Positions 1-15,300 of a stretch of DNA of 64,000 nucleotides are shown one piece after another. The DNA is from Tubulanus polymorphus (Eukaryota; Animalia; Nemertea). Numbering within the stretch: the first letter of the stretch is position 1; every line of letters starts with the position of its first letter. The notes beneath the pieces were generated by a model. It was not told where the DNA came from. It saw nothing but the letters and a program-made list of their open reading frames with translations, and did not search any database. The translations under genes and the position numbers were made by a program. The DNA lies in assembly GCF_964204645.1 (NCBI RefSeq), contig NC_134030.1, positions 1,285,355-1,349,354 on the forward strand. Reading direction: 5' to 3'.

Positions 1-140
1 AAGAATTTAGGATGGAGATGTTTGATTTTCATTTTGTCTAAAATGCCGACTTAAAAATTAATTCAATTGAATCAAATTAATGAATTCATCATTTCACGAT
101 ATTATAGATAATCAAAATGTGAATATGAAATCACCTTTTC

Positions 141-1930
141 AATCGCTGTTTTTGGGTAAGATCGCAGTTTTTAGGTAAGATCGCAGTTTTTAGGTTAGAT
201 CGCTGTTTTGAGGTTAGATCACCGTTTTTGGTTAGATTGCTGTTTTGTGTTAGATCACTTTTTGTGTTAGATCACAGTTTTTGTGTTAGATCGCTGTTTT
301 TGGGTTAGATCGCTGTTTTGTGTTAGATCGCTGTTTTAGGTTAGATCGCAGTTTTTAGGTTACATTGCAGTATTTTGGTTAGACCGCAGTTTTTTGTTAG
401 ATCGCAGTTTTTAAGTTAGATCGCTGTTTTGGGTTAGATCACAGTTTTCTGTTAGATCGCTGTTTTAGGTTAGATCGCAGTTTTTAAGTTAGATCGCTGT
501 TTTGGGTTAGATCACAGTTTTTGTGTTAGATCGCTGTTTTAGGTTAGATCGCAGTTTTTAAGTTAGATCGCAGTTTTTGTGTTAGATCGCTGTTTTAGGT
601 TAGATCGCAGTTTTTAAGTTAGATCGCTGTTTTGGGTTAGATCACAGTTTTTGTGTTAGATCGCTGTTTTTAGGTTAGATCGCAGTTTTTTAGGTTACAT
701 TGCAGTATTTGGGTTAGACCGCAGTTTTTTGTTAGATCGCAGTTTTTAAGTTAGATTGCTGTTTTGGGTTAGATCACAGCTTTTGTGTTAGATCACAGTT
801 TTTGGGTTAGACCACAGTTTTTTTGTTAGATCGCAGTTTTTAAGTTAGATCGCTGTTTTAGGTTAGATCGCAGTTTTTAAGTTAGATCGCAGTTTTTGTG
901 TTAGATCGCTGTTTTGGGTTAGATCACAGTTTTTGGGTTAGATCGCTGTTTTTGGGTTAGATCGCTGTTTTGGGTTAGATCACAGTTTTTGGGTTAGATC
1001 GCTGTTTTTGGGTTAGATCGCTGTTTTTGGGTTAAATTGCTGTTTTTGTGTTGGATCATTGTTTTTGGGTTAGATCGATGTTTTTGTGTTAGATCGCATT
1101 TTTGTGTTAGATCACTGGTTTTTTGTTAGATTGCAGTTTTTAGGTTAGATCGCTGTTTTTGAGTTAGATCGCTGTTTTGTGTTAGATCGCCGTTTTGTGT
1201 TAGATCGCCGTTTTTAGGTTAGATTGCTGTTTTTAGGTTAGATCGCTGTTTTTGAGTTAGATCGCTGTTTTGTGTTAGATCGCCGTTTTGTGTTAGATCA
1301 CAGCTTTTAGGTTAGATCGCCGTTTTTAGGTTAGATTGCTGTTTTTAGGTTAGATAGCTGTTTTTAGGTTAGATCGCTGTTTTTAGGTTATATCGCAGTT
1401 TTTGTGTTAGATCACTGTTATTGTGTTAGATAGCAGTTTTTAGGTTAGATCGCTGTTTTTGAGTTAAATCGCCTTTTTGGGTTAGATCACAGTTTTTGTG
1501 TTAGATCACAGCTTTTAGGTTAGATTGCTGTTTTTAGGTTAGATCCCTTTTTTTTCTTAGATCGCAGTATTTAGGTTAGATCGCTTTTTTTGGATTAGAT
1601 CGCTGTTTTTGGGTTAGATCGCAGTTATTGTGTTAGATCGCAGTTTTTTGTTAGATCGCTGTTTTTGGGTTAGACCGCAGTGTTTAGGTTAGATTGCAGT
1701 TTTTGGGTTAGAACACTGTTTTTCTGTTAGATCGCATTTTTTTGTTAGATCGCTGTTTTAGGTTGGATCGCTGTTTTAGGTTAGATCGCAGTTTTTTGTT
1801 AGGTCGCTGTTTTTGGGTTAGAAAGCTGTTTTTGTGTTAGATTGGTGTTTTTAGGTTAGATCGCTATTTTTGTGTAAGATCGCTGTTTTTGGGTTAGATC
1901 GCTGTTTTTGGGTTAGATCGCTGTCTTTGT
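141..1930 (+). repeat. ~20-21-bp degenerate tandem satellite (GTTAGATCGCTGTTTTTGG-like)
   Basis: Continuous TTAGATCGC(T/A)GTTTTT(G/A)GG units with higher-order sub-blocks. Confidence 0.97.
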
Positions 1931-1982
1931 GTTTTTGTCAATCATCATATCAAGATTTGCAATCCCAGTTGCCTTCAAGTTT

Positions 1983-4900
1983 CATATAGAGAATTAGTGG
2001 ATGTGGTGTCCCTGGACCCCTACATGCACCATATAGAGAATTAGTGGATGTGGTGTCCCTGGACCCCTACATGCACCATATAGAGAATTAGTGGATGTGG
2101 TGTCCCTGGACCCCTACATGTACCATATAGAGAATTAATGGATGTGGTGTCCCTGGACCCCTACACGCACCATATAGAGAATTAGTGGATGTGGTGTCCC
2201 TGGACCCCTACATGCACCATATAGAGAATTAGTGGATGTGGTGTCCCTGGACCCCTACATGCACCATATAGAGAATTAGTGGATGTGGTGTCCCTGGACC
2301 CCTACGTGCATCATATAGAGAATTAGTGGATGTGGTGCCCCTGGACCCCTACATGCACCATATAGAGAATTAGTGGATGTGGTGTCCCTGGACCCCTACA
2401 TGCACCATATAGAGAATTAGTGGATGTGGTGTCCCTGGACCCCTACATGCACCATATAGAGAATTAGTGGATGTGGTGTCCCTGGACCCCTACATGCACC
2501 ATATAGAGAATTAGTGGATGTGGTGTCCCTGGACCCCTACATGCACCATATAGAGAATTAGTGGATGTGGTGTCCCTGGACCCCTACATGCATCATATAG
2601 AGAATTAGTGGATGTGGTGTCCCTGGACCCCTACATGCACCATATAGAGAATTAGTGGTTGTGGTGTCCCTGGACCCCTACATGCATCATATAGAGAATT
2701 AGTGGATGTGGTGTCCCTGGACCCCTACATGCACCATATAGAGAATTAGTGGATGTGGTGTCCCTGGACCCCTACATGCACCATATAGAGAATTAGTGGA
2801 TGTGGTGTCCCTGGACCCCTACATGCACCATATAGAGAATTAGTGGATGTGGTGTCCCTGGACCCCTACATGCACCATATAGAGAATTAGTGGATGTGGT
2901 GTCCCTGGACCCCTACATGCACCATATAGAGAATTAGTGGATGTGGTGTCCCTGGATCCCTACATGTACCATATAGAGAATTAGTGGATGTGGTGTCCCT
3001 GGACCCCTACATGCACCATATAGAGAATTAGTGGATGTGGTGTCCCTGGACCCCTACATGCACCATATAGAGAATTAGTGGATGTGGTGTCCCTGGACCC
3101 CTACATGTACCATATAGAGAATTAGTGGATGTGGTGTCCCTGGACCCCTACATGCACCATATAGAGAATTAGTGGATGTGGTGTCCCTGGACCCCTACAT
3201 GCACCATATAGAGAATTAGTGGATGTGGTGTCCCTGGACCCCTACATGTACCATATAGAGAATTAGTGGATGTGGTGTCCCTGGACCCCTACATGCACCA
3301 TATAGAGAATTAGTGGATGTGGTGTCCCTGGACCCCTACATGCACCATATAGAGAATTAGTGGATGTGGTGTCCCTGGACCCCTACATGCACCATATAGA
3401 GAATTAGTGGATGTGGTGTCCCTGGACCCCTACATGCACCATATAGAGAATTAGTGGATGTGGTGTCCCTGGACCCCTACATGCACCATATAGAGAATTA
3501 GTGGATGTGGTGTCCCTGGACCCCTACATGCACCATATAGAGAATTAGTGGATGTGGTGTCCCTGGACCCCTACATGCACCATATAGAGAATTAGTGGAT
3601 GTGGTGTCCCTGGACCCCTACATGCACCATATAGAGAATTAGTGGATGTGGTGTCCCTGGATCCCTACATGTACCATATAGAGAATTAGTGGATGTGGTG
3701 TCCCTGGACCCCTACATGCACCATATAGAGAATTAGTGGATGTGGTGTCCCTGGACCCCTACATGCACCATATAGAGAATTAGTGGATGTGGTGTCCCTG
3801 GACCCCTACATGTACCATATAGAGAATTAGTGGATGTGGTGTCCCTGGACCCCTACATGCACCATATAGAGAATTAGTGGATGTGGTGTCCCTGGACCCC
3901 TACATGCACCATATAGAGAATTAGTGGATGTGGTGTCCCTGGACCCCTACATGTACCATATAGAGAATTAGTGGATGTGGTGTCCCTGGACCCCTACATG
4001 CACCATATAGAGAATTAGTGGATGTGGTGTCCCTGGACCCCTACATGCACCATATAGAGAATTAGTGGATGTGGTGTCCCTGGACCCCTACATGCACCAT
4101 ATAGAGAATTAGTGGATGTGGTGTCCCTGGACCCCTACATGCACCATATAGAGAATTAGTGGATGTGGTGTCCCTGGACCCCTACATGCACCATATAGAG
4201 AATTAGTGGATGTGGTGTCCCTGGACCCCTACATGCACCATATAGAGAATTAGTGGATGTGGTGTCCCTGGACCCCTACATGCACCATATAGAGAATTAG
4301 TGGATGTGGTGTCCCTGGATCCCTACATGTACCATATAGAGAATTAGTGGATGTGGTGTCCCTGGACCCCTACATGCACCATATAGAGAATTAGTGGATG
4401 TGGTGTCCCTGGACCCCTACATGCACCATATAGAGAATTAGTGGATGTGGTGTCCCTGGACCCCTACATGTACCATATAGAGAATTAGTGGATGTGGTGT
4501 CCCTGGACCCCTACATGCACCATATAGAGAATTAGTGGATGTGGTGTCCCTGGACCCCTACATGCACCATATAGAGAATTAGTGGATGTGGTGTCCCTGG
4601 ACCCCTACATGTACCATATAGAGAATTAGTGGATGTGGTGTCCCTGGACCCCTACATGCACCATATAGAGAATTAGTGGATGTGGTGTCCCTGGACCCCT
4701 ACATGCACCATATAGAGAATTAGTGGATGTGGTGTCCCTGGACCCCTACATGCACCATATAGAGAATTAGTGGATGTGGTGTCCCTGGACCCCTACATGC
4801 ACCATATAGAGAATTAGTGGATGTGGTGTCCCTGGACCCCTACATGCACCATATAGAGAATTAGTGGATGTGGTGTCCCTGGACCCCTACATGCACCATA

Positions 4901-5006
4901 TAGAGAATTAGTGGATGTGGTGTCCCTGGACCCCTACATGCACCATATAGAGAATTAGTGGATGTGGTGTCCCTGGACCCCTACATGCACCATATAGAGA
5001 ATTAGT
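1983..5006 (+). repeat. 47-bp highly homogeneous tandem satellite, ~64 copies
   Basis: CATATAGAGAATTAGTGGATGTGGTGTCCCTGGACCCCTACATGCAC, starts at 1983, 2030, 2077 (period 47). Confidence 0.98.
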
Positions 5007-5077
5007 TCACTGAACCAGAATAAGACTGACTGATATATTTTCAAATGATTTAATATTTTTACTTGTTTTTCTAGATA

Positions 5078-8000
5078 ATGCCAAAAGCAATGAAGAAAAC
5101 CCGGGGCGCGGGGCCCTCAACATCTAGCCCCTATAATAAAGTAAGTACAAATTTACTGCTTCCATGCTTATTTATTCATCCCATACTTAGTATTTTGTAC
5201 CCCTGGGTCCAGTTTCACAAAAAGGATAAACGCCTTAATCGATTTAAGATAAACTGAATTAATGAAGAAATTAAATCGATTTAAGAGTTAAACCTGTTTG
5301 TGAAACTAGGCCCTGAATTGCATCTAGAATGAAAAAAAAGAAAAAAAAATATTGAAAATAACGTTGGTGAAATATTTCTGGATCTCTCTGGATTTCTGCT
5401 CAATGCATCGTTTAGTAAAATATCGATATTCTCTAAAAGTAAAGATATAAGAATAAAAATATTGTATTGAATCGTGATTAGTTACTGTATGCGCTGCTAG
5501 TTGTTGCCCAACCCATAGCCTCATTTCTCTCCATTCTAAATTTGCATTGTTTAACATTGTCTGGTCGCTATGGAAACTATTTATTTAAGTTTCTTTGTGG
5601 TATCCATGGCAACAGTAACGTTTAGGTAGTGGCACCAATTATGGGTCCCAACGTTCCCATGGCGATACATGAGAACATTTATCCTATTTTTGACCTTCAT
5701 GACGTAAGATGGTAGTGAGTCGATGACGTCATTTTCGTCTCACCACTAATGAAAAAAAAAATGAAATGAAAAAAAAGGAAAAAATCGTTAGAATTACGTT
5801 TATGAAATTTTTCTGGATCGGCTAAATGTATTGTTCCATTAAATATCGACATTCTCTAAAATTATAGGCATCAATATCAAAATGATGATACAGCAGACTC
5901 CGCTTAACTCTGTTCTATTTGGACCATTAATTAACCGAATACCAACTTTTTAAAATTTTAGGATTTTTACTTTAAGGATCAGAAAATGTGTATGCAATTT
6001 CAACCGGGTACCGAGTAGGGTGGCCGAGTCTACTGTAGTCTGCTGCCCCCTCGAATCCATTACCTTATTATCTCTCAATTTGCATTGTTTGACCTCGTCT
6101 GGTTGCTATGGAAACTATTTAGTTATATCAGGAACGGTTTTTTCGAGGTAACCAGTGGCAACAGTTAACAGACGTGTCCATCCTAGAGATAAACTGTCTG
6201 ATTTCACAGCCACATCCGTCCTGGAGATAAACTGTTAGATAAACTCTGATTTCGCGTCTGTCCTATTTCTTGTCATTGTATGAATATGTTTTCTCTTTTA
6301 TAGGGTACAGCGCAGCAACAACAACAACAACAACAACAACAGCAACAACAACAACAAAAATTTGATATTTCTATGTCCGGAATAGACGTAAGTTATCGTA
6401 AACGCCTGTTTGAAGTCATCATTCTTGAGCTTGAAACCGAAATTTATATATATAGAATATTAAACCCTGCTTCTGCTACTGACAGGTAATGTCCGTCATA
6501 CATTACTGCATCGTCAAATCTATACCAGGGTGCACCCAGGCAGATCGTTTGCATCATCACATGCAAAGGGCTGATTATTTTGGAACCCAGTTTTTATCAG
6601 CTGGAACATTCTGCACTTTCGACCATATTGATTGATAGCCCGTTATAGACGAGTGGAGAAAAACTGAAAAACCAGTTCGGACAAACTTCGATTGATTTCA
6701 CTCACATTTACAGAAATTTGGTCCGACCCCAAAACCATTTACTTACACTATACAAATCAGATCAGGTTTTTAACATTGTCTTTGATTGTATTTTCAGTTT
6801 TTGCCGACAACGCCGCCCAGCGGTACCTCGACACCGGTAAGTGATAACTATTTTCTAATAAATCACGCTTATTTCAATTTGTAATTTGAAAATAGAGGGT
6901 AGTAGCTGTTATGTATAAATTATGCTAATTAGGAATAAATTCAAATTCGATTAAGTCTCATCATCGTAGAAGTCATATATTAATGATGCTATCTCTAAAG
7001 TTGTCATTTAAATTAAGTGTTATATTTACTACTTCATTTGCTACATGACCCAAAAACCTCTACTATATAACTACTGGTTTTGTTCTAATCTTGGAAAATT
7101 TGCTGCAAAATTTACTTATCATTTGTTAAACAGTTTTTATTGAAAACCTGAATCAGTGATACATGCATTCATGAATATCCATCTAATATTTTGTTTTATT
7201 TTATCTTTACAGGATTTATCACCGATACAGCACGTGGACGTAAGAGATTAAACATTGATCTTGAATTTTAAGTTCAAACTAATTTATTTTTTTATCTCAC
7301 TCGGGACTATAGTTATTGCGTTCACTTTGCGTCCAGTTGTCTCGGGTAGTTTTTGATTTATCGTGTTGATAATTGGTTTATATACTCAAACTCAAAATAT
7401 CGGCGCAATTGGAATTAAGATGGCGCACTTGTATGTCCATTTTTTTCCCCGGCAAAATTAGCACTTTAGCAGATTTTAAGGATCAATTCTGTTGTTATAT
7501 TACATTGAAATCAGAGTTTAATATGTATCAGTATAGAGCAGGTTTTTGCTCTAGTTATAAATAAAGTTATAAATAATCTCATGAGATGTTCTGTATATGT
7601 GTAGTGAGTTTCAATGTCTTTGGTTCCTTTTAAACCAGGGGGAGTTAAATTTGAAAATGTCAGATCGTCGAGCATTTCAGACCGCTTCCAAAGTGGGTCC
7701 CTGCACCCCTAGTTATACCGTTAATATTTTAATAATATATTGATATACCATACATTGATATCGGTCTTGTAATTGGATCAACAACCATGAGATCAAAACA
7801 CAGCAAATATGAACCTGCTGTGAATCAATAGATTTGTGATAAATGTAATGAAATTGTTATTTTTCATATTGACTTTTTGAGTTAAGGGTCTGTTGTATAA
7901 GAGTATTTGGTCTCGCGTGTCAATGTATGATATCAATCTGTTGTATTTCCTCGTTCCAATGTTTAAAAGGTGTTCGTCACCTTATATTAATAAACTACTT

Positions 8001-9357
8001 TAACCGTTAGATGGCGCCATAAGTGTGATATTTGATTTATGGGATACCCGCAAAACCAGCTATTCCACAAGATGGCGCAACGAGTAGTAGGTCGTTCGTT
8101 GTCAAAATTAGTTCATTTTCGATGAACTTTGAACTGGTTTGAAGAAATACTTTCATTCTTCTACTCTGACATCGGTTTAGTTTTCATTAATAATTGATTC
8201 ATTTAAGAGAACAATTCATTCAGATTTAATTGAAATGTACAAGAAAATCGAACGCAGACGACCAACTATTTACTAGCGACACCTGGTGGATCCTCGCCTG
8301 CCATAAGTGGAATCCTCGATTGCCACAGTAAGACTGCGGGTATCCCATTGTTTGGCGTGTGAAGTAAAGTAAAGTTAGAAAACGGATGTTTAACTTTGTT
8401 GTGAAACGAAAGCGTTTTGGAGATTTTTAAACCAATCAAATCAATATTTTGATATTACGCTTGAAACCCTTCCCACTCATATTCTACGTACTAAGTATAT
8501 ATTCTTGTTTCCGTGGAAATCATGGTGAGTGGCGCCATCTATACAGTGGAGTTAGCTTTATAAATCGAGCATGATTCGACAAGTGGCTCCATCTATTCCC
8601 TAATACTGAAGCGAGGTAACCAGCAGCGCCCTCATATACAGGAAATGAACGCCTATCAAGTTTAACAATGCACGGTGTATTGACCACAGCGACCGGTGAT
8701 AATTATATCAATGTTGATTAGCTATTGCCATAGACAGGTCCGTAGCGTTTGACTGGACCAGAACGGGGCCCCCTAACCAAAACAAATTTTGAAAACGTGC
8801 CCAGATAAATTGCCTCTGGGAGATTGATTTAACGAGGTTTTGATTAAATGAACAAATTTTAATATTTGTAAGTTTAACATTTCTGTTTTTAATTTTTCTT
8901 TGCGAGGAACTGAATTTTCGAACCCCCCTGAACCGCCTCAAGCTACGTTCCTGATATAGTGCTAGCTATACCTGAATACTTTTCTCTTGAAATTGTCTAA
9001 AAAACCAGCACCTTGAACTAATGAACGTCATAATGAAAATGTTTAAAAATTCAACCGTTAATGAATTTGACTAATATATTTTTTTTATTTTCATTTCTAG
9101 CGTCAGTTTGCCTCACAGGCAAGGTCGCCGTCGCTTAATGTAAGTATCAGTGACGCCCTCAATCTCACATGCCTCACTTCCCTCCTAATGTAACCATTTT
9201 TATGAAATTCCTCAAGAAAATATATACTAGTAATCTTAGAATACACGTTTTTGTACCCAGACCCCTTCATTCTACTGAACTACCGTGTAATAAGTGCCTG
9301 TTGTGTTCATTTTCTGTTGCATTGATTTATATATTATTTCTATTTACAGTTGTCAAA

Positions 9358-9392
<35 letters not shown>

Positions 9393-12300
9393 CACCCCTC
9401 CCGCCGGAGACGCCTCCCGACTTGCAAGCAAGAAGTAAGTTCAGTCTTCAAATACAATTTCAATGCATTCAATTTTGTGTATGGCATTAAAACGGTTAAA
9501 GTTGTGACTAGTTTTCATAACTCCGTGACGTCATATTTCCATCGAGTACCGGACCCTTTCCTATGTTTTTTGCCAATTTGGATTGAATGATCGCCAGCGG
9601 TTTTTCTATACGACCCGGCTCTGCTGTATTGCATTTAGCCATCCTTTTTCTTGGCGTTTTTTATAAGAAGGTGTTTGATTTTGTCTCTAAGGGATTTAGG
9701 AATTTAAGAGACACTTGTACTCTCTATACAGTGAGTTTGTTCTGTTTTTGTTCCCTCGTGAATTTTATTTTTGTTTGGTATAATTTGATTTATCATAATC
9801 AAATCAAATCAGTGCATATTTCTTGAATTGCGTGTAAGTTATAATGTTATCAAATATCTGTTATATTTAAACCGAATATTTAATTGTTGTATTTTGAATG
9901 CGATAATGCCGCTCCCTGCTAAAGTCCAGCGTCGTCATCGTGAGGGATGCGGTCATCTGTTCGGGCCCTGATTACGTTCTGTGTTCATCCTGTTGGGCTA
10001 CATCGGGCGTTATATGAGTTAATCCTTCCTCGACTTGCGGATTGTGGTTGGAAGATCTATGGGTTCGGGCCGATAAGTCCCGGAAATAGAAAGTACAGTT
10101 TCTGCCGATGTGCCCATTGATGTCTCTATTTCAGAACATCACAGCGGTCGCCGGCTGTACAAGCACGGTCGGCTTCCCAACTCCATTCTCTGAGGAGGAT
10201 CGCTTGTTCTCTAGTAACGGTCAGTCACCAGTCAATCAACGGTTCAGCTGGTTCAGTTTCCCAGGTATCGGCGCGCGACAGTTGGGATACCTGCACAGGA
10301 ACTCAGGTCAGGTCCGTGCTACTCCGAGCACCGGTCCGGTCCAGGCATCACCGGATACTGAACATCCTGTCCGGTAGCTTCGAGAACTGGTCCGGTCCAG
10401 GCATCACAGGGTACTGAACATCTGGTCTGGTCAGCTTCGAGAACCGGTCCAGGCATCACCGGATACTGAACATCTGGTCCGGTCAGCTTCGAGAACTGGT
10501 CCGGTCCAGGCATCACCGGGTAATAAACATCCGGTCCGGTCCGGGTGGCTTCGAGCACCGGTCTGGTCCAGGCATCACCGGGTACTGAACATCTGGTCCG
10601 GGAGCTTCGAGAACTGGTCCGGTCCAGGCATCACTGGGTACTGAACATAGAGTCCGGTCCGGTCCAGGCATCACTGGGTACTGAACATCCAGTCTGGTCC
10701 GGTCCAGGCATCACCGGGTACTGAACATCCAGTCTGGTCCGGTCCAGGCATCACCGGGTACTGAACATCCAGTCCGGTCCGGTCCAGGCATCACCGGATA
10801 CTGAACATCCGGTCCGGTAGCTTCGACAACTGGTCCGGTCCAGGCATCACCGGGTACTGAACATCCAGTCCGGTCCGGTCCAGGCATCACCGGGTACTGA
10901 ACATCCAGTCTGGTCCGGTCCAGGCATCAGTGGATACTGAACATCTGGTCCGGTAGCTTCGAGAACTGGTCCGGTCCAGGCATCACTGGGTACTGAACAT
11001 CCAGTCCGGTCCGGTCCAGGCATCACTGGGTACTGAACATCCAGTCCGGTCCGGTCCAGGCATCACCGGGTACTGAACATCCAGTCTGGTCCGGTCCAGG
11101 CATCAGTGGATACTGAACATCCTGTCCGGTCAGCTCCGTGCACCGGTCCGGTCCAGGCATCACTGGGTACTGAACATCCACTCTGGTCCGGTCCAGGCAT
11201 CACCGGGTACTGAACAGGGTTCGTCGCGGTGCTTGAAAAGCTTGAAATGGCTTGAATTTGAAAAATACTACTCAAGCGCTTGAAAACAGCTTGAAAATAG
11301 ATCGAAAGCTTGAAATAATTATTTTTGACTTGAAATAAAAAGATATGGCTTGAAATGCTTGATTATCACAAATTTTCTTCTTCGCGAATTTTTTTCGATG
11401 AAATCGCAGACAGAATATGTTCTTGAGTTGTTTCTACGCGTGCGTCATGTTTTAGGCATCAATAAAGAAATTAATTGAATTGTATTGAATCGCTATGAGG
11501 CTCTTGTGGTGAAACTCTACGGTGTCTGGAGACATGAACATACGGGGAAATTTCAGTCATGCATGTTATCGAGCATTGATGTAAAATGGCATTGAAATCC
11601 CACACCAGGAGTGAGAGCCATGTTGAAGGCACAGCGACCTAGTCAAAGTCATTGAACATTACAAATTTCGTATTAGGCCATCCAAAAATCAAGGTCTGTT
11701 TGCCGTCATCCGACCGACCCGACTTCAAAGGTACCCAGTGGAAACTTTTTTCTTGGATTCATTGAAATAAATTGTATTTTTGATACAAATGGCCGACCCA
11801 CTGCCGATGTATGAGCTATGTATGTTTGAAGTTAAGTGTGCATCATGTGAAAACATGCCTCGACTATTTACTTGAAGTTTTCCAGGAAACTGGCAGTGTT
11901 CCAATAAGCTGCCATTCATTCTAAAGCTGGTAATGTTATAGCGTGCATATATTCAATCTACTGTTTCATTTTGAACGCAGATTTCGGATGTTGTTTCCGC
12001 TAAAAGTGGTGATGATAAATTTGTTGTTTTTTTTTGCCCCAAAATTTTGCAAAAAAAATGATGCTACCTTCCTACTGACTTATCCCAAAAATTTTAGTAG
12101 GTGTAACGGCAAAACAGACAATTAATTTGGGATGGCCAAATATCCAAATCTTGATTGATATGAATATTTAAGCTAGGAAATGCTGAAAATCATTGTGATG
12201 AACAGGTTTCATCTCTAACAGAATCGTATCAACTCGGAGGTTCCACTGGAATCAAAATTTTACCTCTTTTTTAACATTTTTATACGAACCTGTTCAAAAT

Positions 12301-15300
12301 AGGCAAATTGGCTGCGACTAACGAAAATTGCTTCCAACGTGCCTTAAAAAATAGCTTGAAAATGGTATAAATCTAGCTTGAAATGGCTTGAATTTCACCT
12401 GAGCTTGAGACAATGAACCCTGCTGAACATCTGGTCCGGTCAGCTTCCAGCACCGGTCCGGTCCAGGCATCACCGGTTACTGAACATCCGGTCCGGTCAG
12501 CTTCCAGCACCGGTCCGGTCCAAGCATCACCGGTTACTGGTCCGGTCCGGGCAGCTTTGAGCACCGGTCCGGTCCAAGCATCACTGAGTACTGAACATCC
12601 AGTCCGGTCCGGTCAGCTCCGAGCACCGGTCCAGGCATCACCAGGTACTGAACATCTGGTCTGGTCCGGGCGGCCTGGCATCAATGTTTCGAATTTAAAA
12701 CATAGTTATCATGGTTCTAGGTTTGGTAGAGGGCGCTCTTCTACCAGATGCAGGAGCGAGGTCACCTTCACGGAGATCGAGATCGAGGGATTATGATTGA
12801 TTCTGTAGGAACCATCATCATTCATCAGTTCAGGTCGAGGGACCGTTTAGGAAGTTCACGTCTTTCACGTCGAGGGACCGTTTAGGAAGTTCACATCTTT
12901 CACGTCGAGGGACCGTTTAGGAAGTTCACGTCTTTCACGTCGAGGGACCGTTTAGGAAGTTCACGTCTTTCACGTCGAGGGACCGTTTAGGAAGTTCACG
13001 TCTTTCACAACGAGGGACCGTTAAGGAAGTCGTCACAATAATCAGGATTTCCGCGATTTCGAAAGTCAGATTTTAAACTTGTTATTGTCATTGTAAGCTA
13101 CCGCAGTTACAGGTAAGCCTATTCTTGATTGCCCGAGACAGGCGTGCAGATATTGTTCCCGACTTAAGTTTTTGGTTGATTTTCTTGTGACTTGTTTGTT
13201 TTAGGGGTGAGATGGATGAGCCTTATTGTTTTTTGACATATATAGGTCATCCAAGATGGCCGCCACAGCCATTACAATGTGTAAAATAGCCATGCTTGTG
13301 ACAACTCTACAATCTACAGTTTCAAACCAATTTGCCAATTACTTATTCTGTGGTTTCATAATGGTAGGAGAATGAGCCTTATTGTTTTTGACATATATAG
13401 GTCATCCAAGATGGCCGCCACAGCCATTACAATGTGTGAAATAGCCATTTTGAAGCTTGTGACAACTCTACAATCTACAGTTTCAGACCAATTTACCAAT
13501 TACTTATTCTGTGGTTTCATAATGGTAAGAGGATGAGCCTTATTGTTTTTGACATATATAGGTCATCCAAGATGGCCGCCACAGCCATTTCAATGTGTGA
13601 AATAGCCATTTTGAAGCTTGTTACCGCTCTACGGACTTAAGTTTTAAGCTTAAGACTTAAGATGGCCACCACAGTTATATCAATGTGTTAAATCTTATCC
13701 GATTTGGAGCTTGTTACTGCTCTAAGATGTAGAGGTTTAGAGGTTTATAATTTCATTCATACTTGTACTGTGGTTTATTTATGGTGGTCAGAGGATGAGA
13801 CCTATTACAATTTGCATTCTCTACTTGACTCACTGGTCAAGGGTTAATATCTAGTTTGATAAATGTGATAAGCATGTCGGTGAATCACCCCCCCCCCCCG
13901 GACTCTGATCTCAATGTCTGATGTCAATCGTCAGCAGTTTCAATGGAATGGGCTCGATTAGGTGTGGAACAAGTGGAATCCTCGATTGCCACAGTCGAAC
14001 CTAGAGTATTAAGAGCTCAATTAGGTTCTTCTTTGCGTCTCTTCTCCGGTTGGAGTGCTCCAGTTTCCACCGAATGGAGGAAGATTCGAGATGTGCAGAT
14101 TCAAGTCCACCATGCGGACTCCGGCTCCGGCTCCGGCAGCTCAAGGTTCAGCCCGAACTCACACAATGCCATCTCAAGCATCCGTACTTTCTCAAGCGGC
14201 TACTAATGCTGTTTGGAGAACAAGTGCACAGCTCCAACATTCTCGTGCCCCTTCTGGTCAGAATAATTCTAGTTCATATCGGGGAATGCTCCGAAAAGGA
14301 GCTCTTCCTCTCGGAGAAACTCAAAATGAATGCTCGGGGCCAGTGAGAGGTTGTCTATAACGAGCAGCCACCTACTGATCCGGCGTTCCCGGGTCGTATC
14401 ACGGCGGCTACTGTCTTCAATTCTGAACACCTCCCGACATGCGCCCGAAAGCAGGTCACGAGACACTAATCTCGTCAGCTCTCAAAGATCTGGCCAAAAA
14501 GAGAGCAATAGAACCAGTACGGGACGAAGCCACATCCGGCTGGTTTTCATGAATATTTATGCTCCTGAAGACCACAGGGCGTCGATGGACTGTCATTCCT
14601 CGAGCGGCACCTGGATATCCCGAGGCTTCCGATGACTAAAACAGGGAGGTAATTCAAGGTCTCCGCCGAGGTTAATGGGCGGCTTCATTGGACCTGAAAG
14701 ATGTCAGGTTCCTATTCACCCGAAATCTCATCAATTTCACAGAATGAAGTGGAAACGCCGCCAGTTCCAGTTCAGGTCTCTTCCAGTCGGCCTCAGTACA
14801 GCCCACGCCCTGGGTATTTACCAGCTTGGGTCAAGTCCAGAAGGTACACTACACTCCAGGGCTGGGTTTCATAGATATGGAAGAAAAATTATTCCAGGGA
14901 ACATTTTGAAATTTGTCAGTTATAACCATGGTTTCTCATTGTTAGTATGGTGGTTGAGGATTTATCCCTTTGGATAACTTTGATACTCAGTCTATGAAAC
15001 CGGGTCCTGGAGTATTTGTCTGTTGGTTTACCTCGACGACTGGTTACTAGTACCAAACTCGACTATAGAATGTCAGGAGGCGGTGACCGCTGTCGACCGC
15101 TGTCGTAGACTTAGTTCACCAGTTCCGCGTAAACTAAGTAAAATCTCACTTGATGCCGTCCCAACAGTTCACATCTCCGGATCAGCACGGTCTTTCCGTC
15201 CATGGCTCGAGTAGCCAAACTTCAAGAAGCGTAGTTACCACAAACGAGAGGACAGCTAGTTATCGGTGACGCCTGTGGCTAAATGCAATACCGCAGTGCC

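Larger units (their letters stand above)
10305..12680 (+). repeat. GC-rich 35-58-bp minisatellite (GGTCCGGTCCAGGCATCACCGGGTACTGAACATCC), probably the low-complexity part of the DIRS ORF1 region, split by an insertion at 11215-12422
   Basis: Tandem units on both sides of the insertion; lies upstream of the DIRS RT remnant. Confidence 0.85.

Noticed and set aside
141-1930. True telomeric array
   Set aside because: No tandem TTAGGG/TTAGG runs; the words occur singly within a 20-bp unit.
1983-5006. CRISPR-like regular array
   Set aside because: Units are head-to-tail identical with no unique spacers and no cas genes; the context is eukaryotic.
5078-5140. Histone or protamine gene
   Set aside because: Only a superficial basic-tail resemblance; no histone fold or H1 globular domain recognised.
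9169-9590. PolyQ and polyA ORFs over the CAG tract
   Set aside because: Splice phase and the paralogues' conserved PPETPPDxQAR show the polyS frame is the one used.
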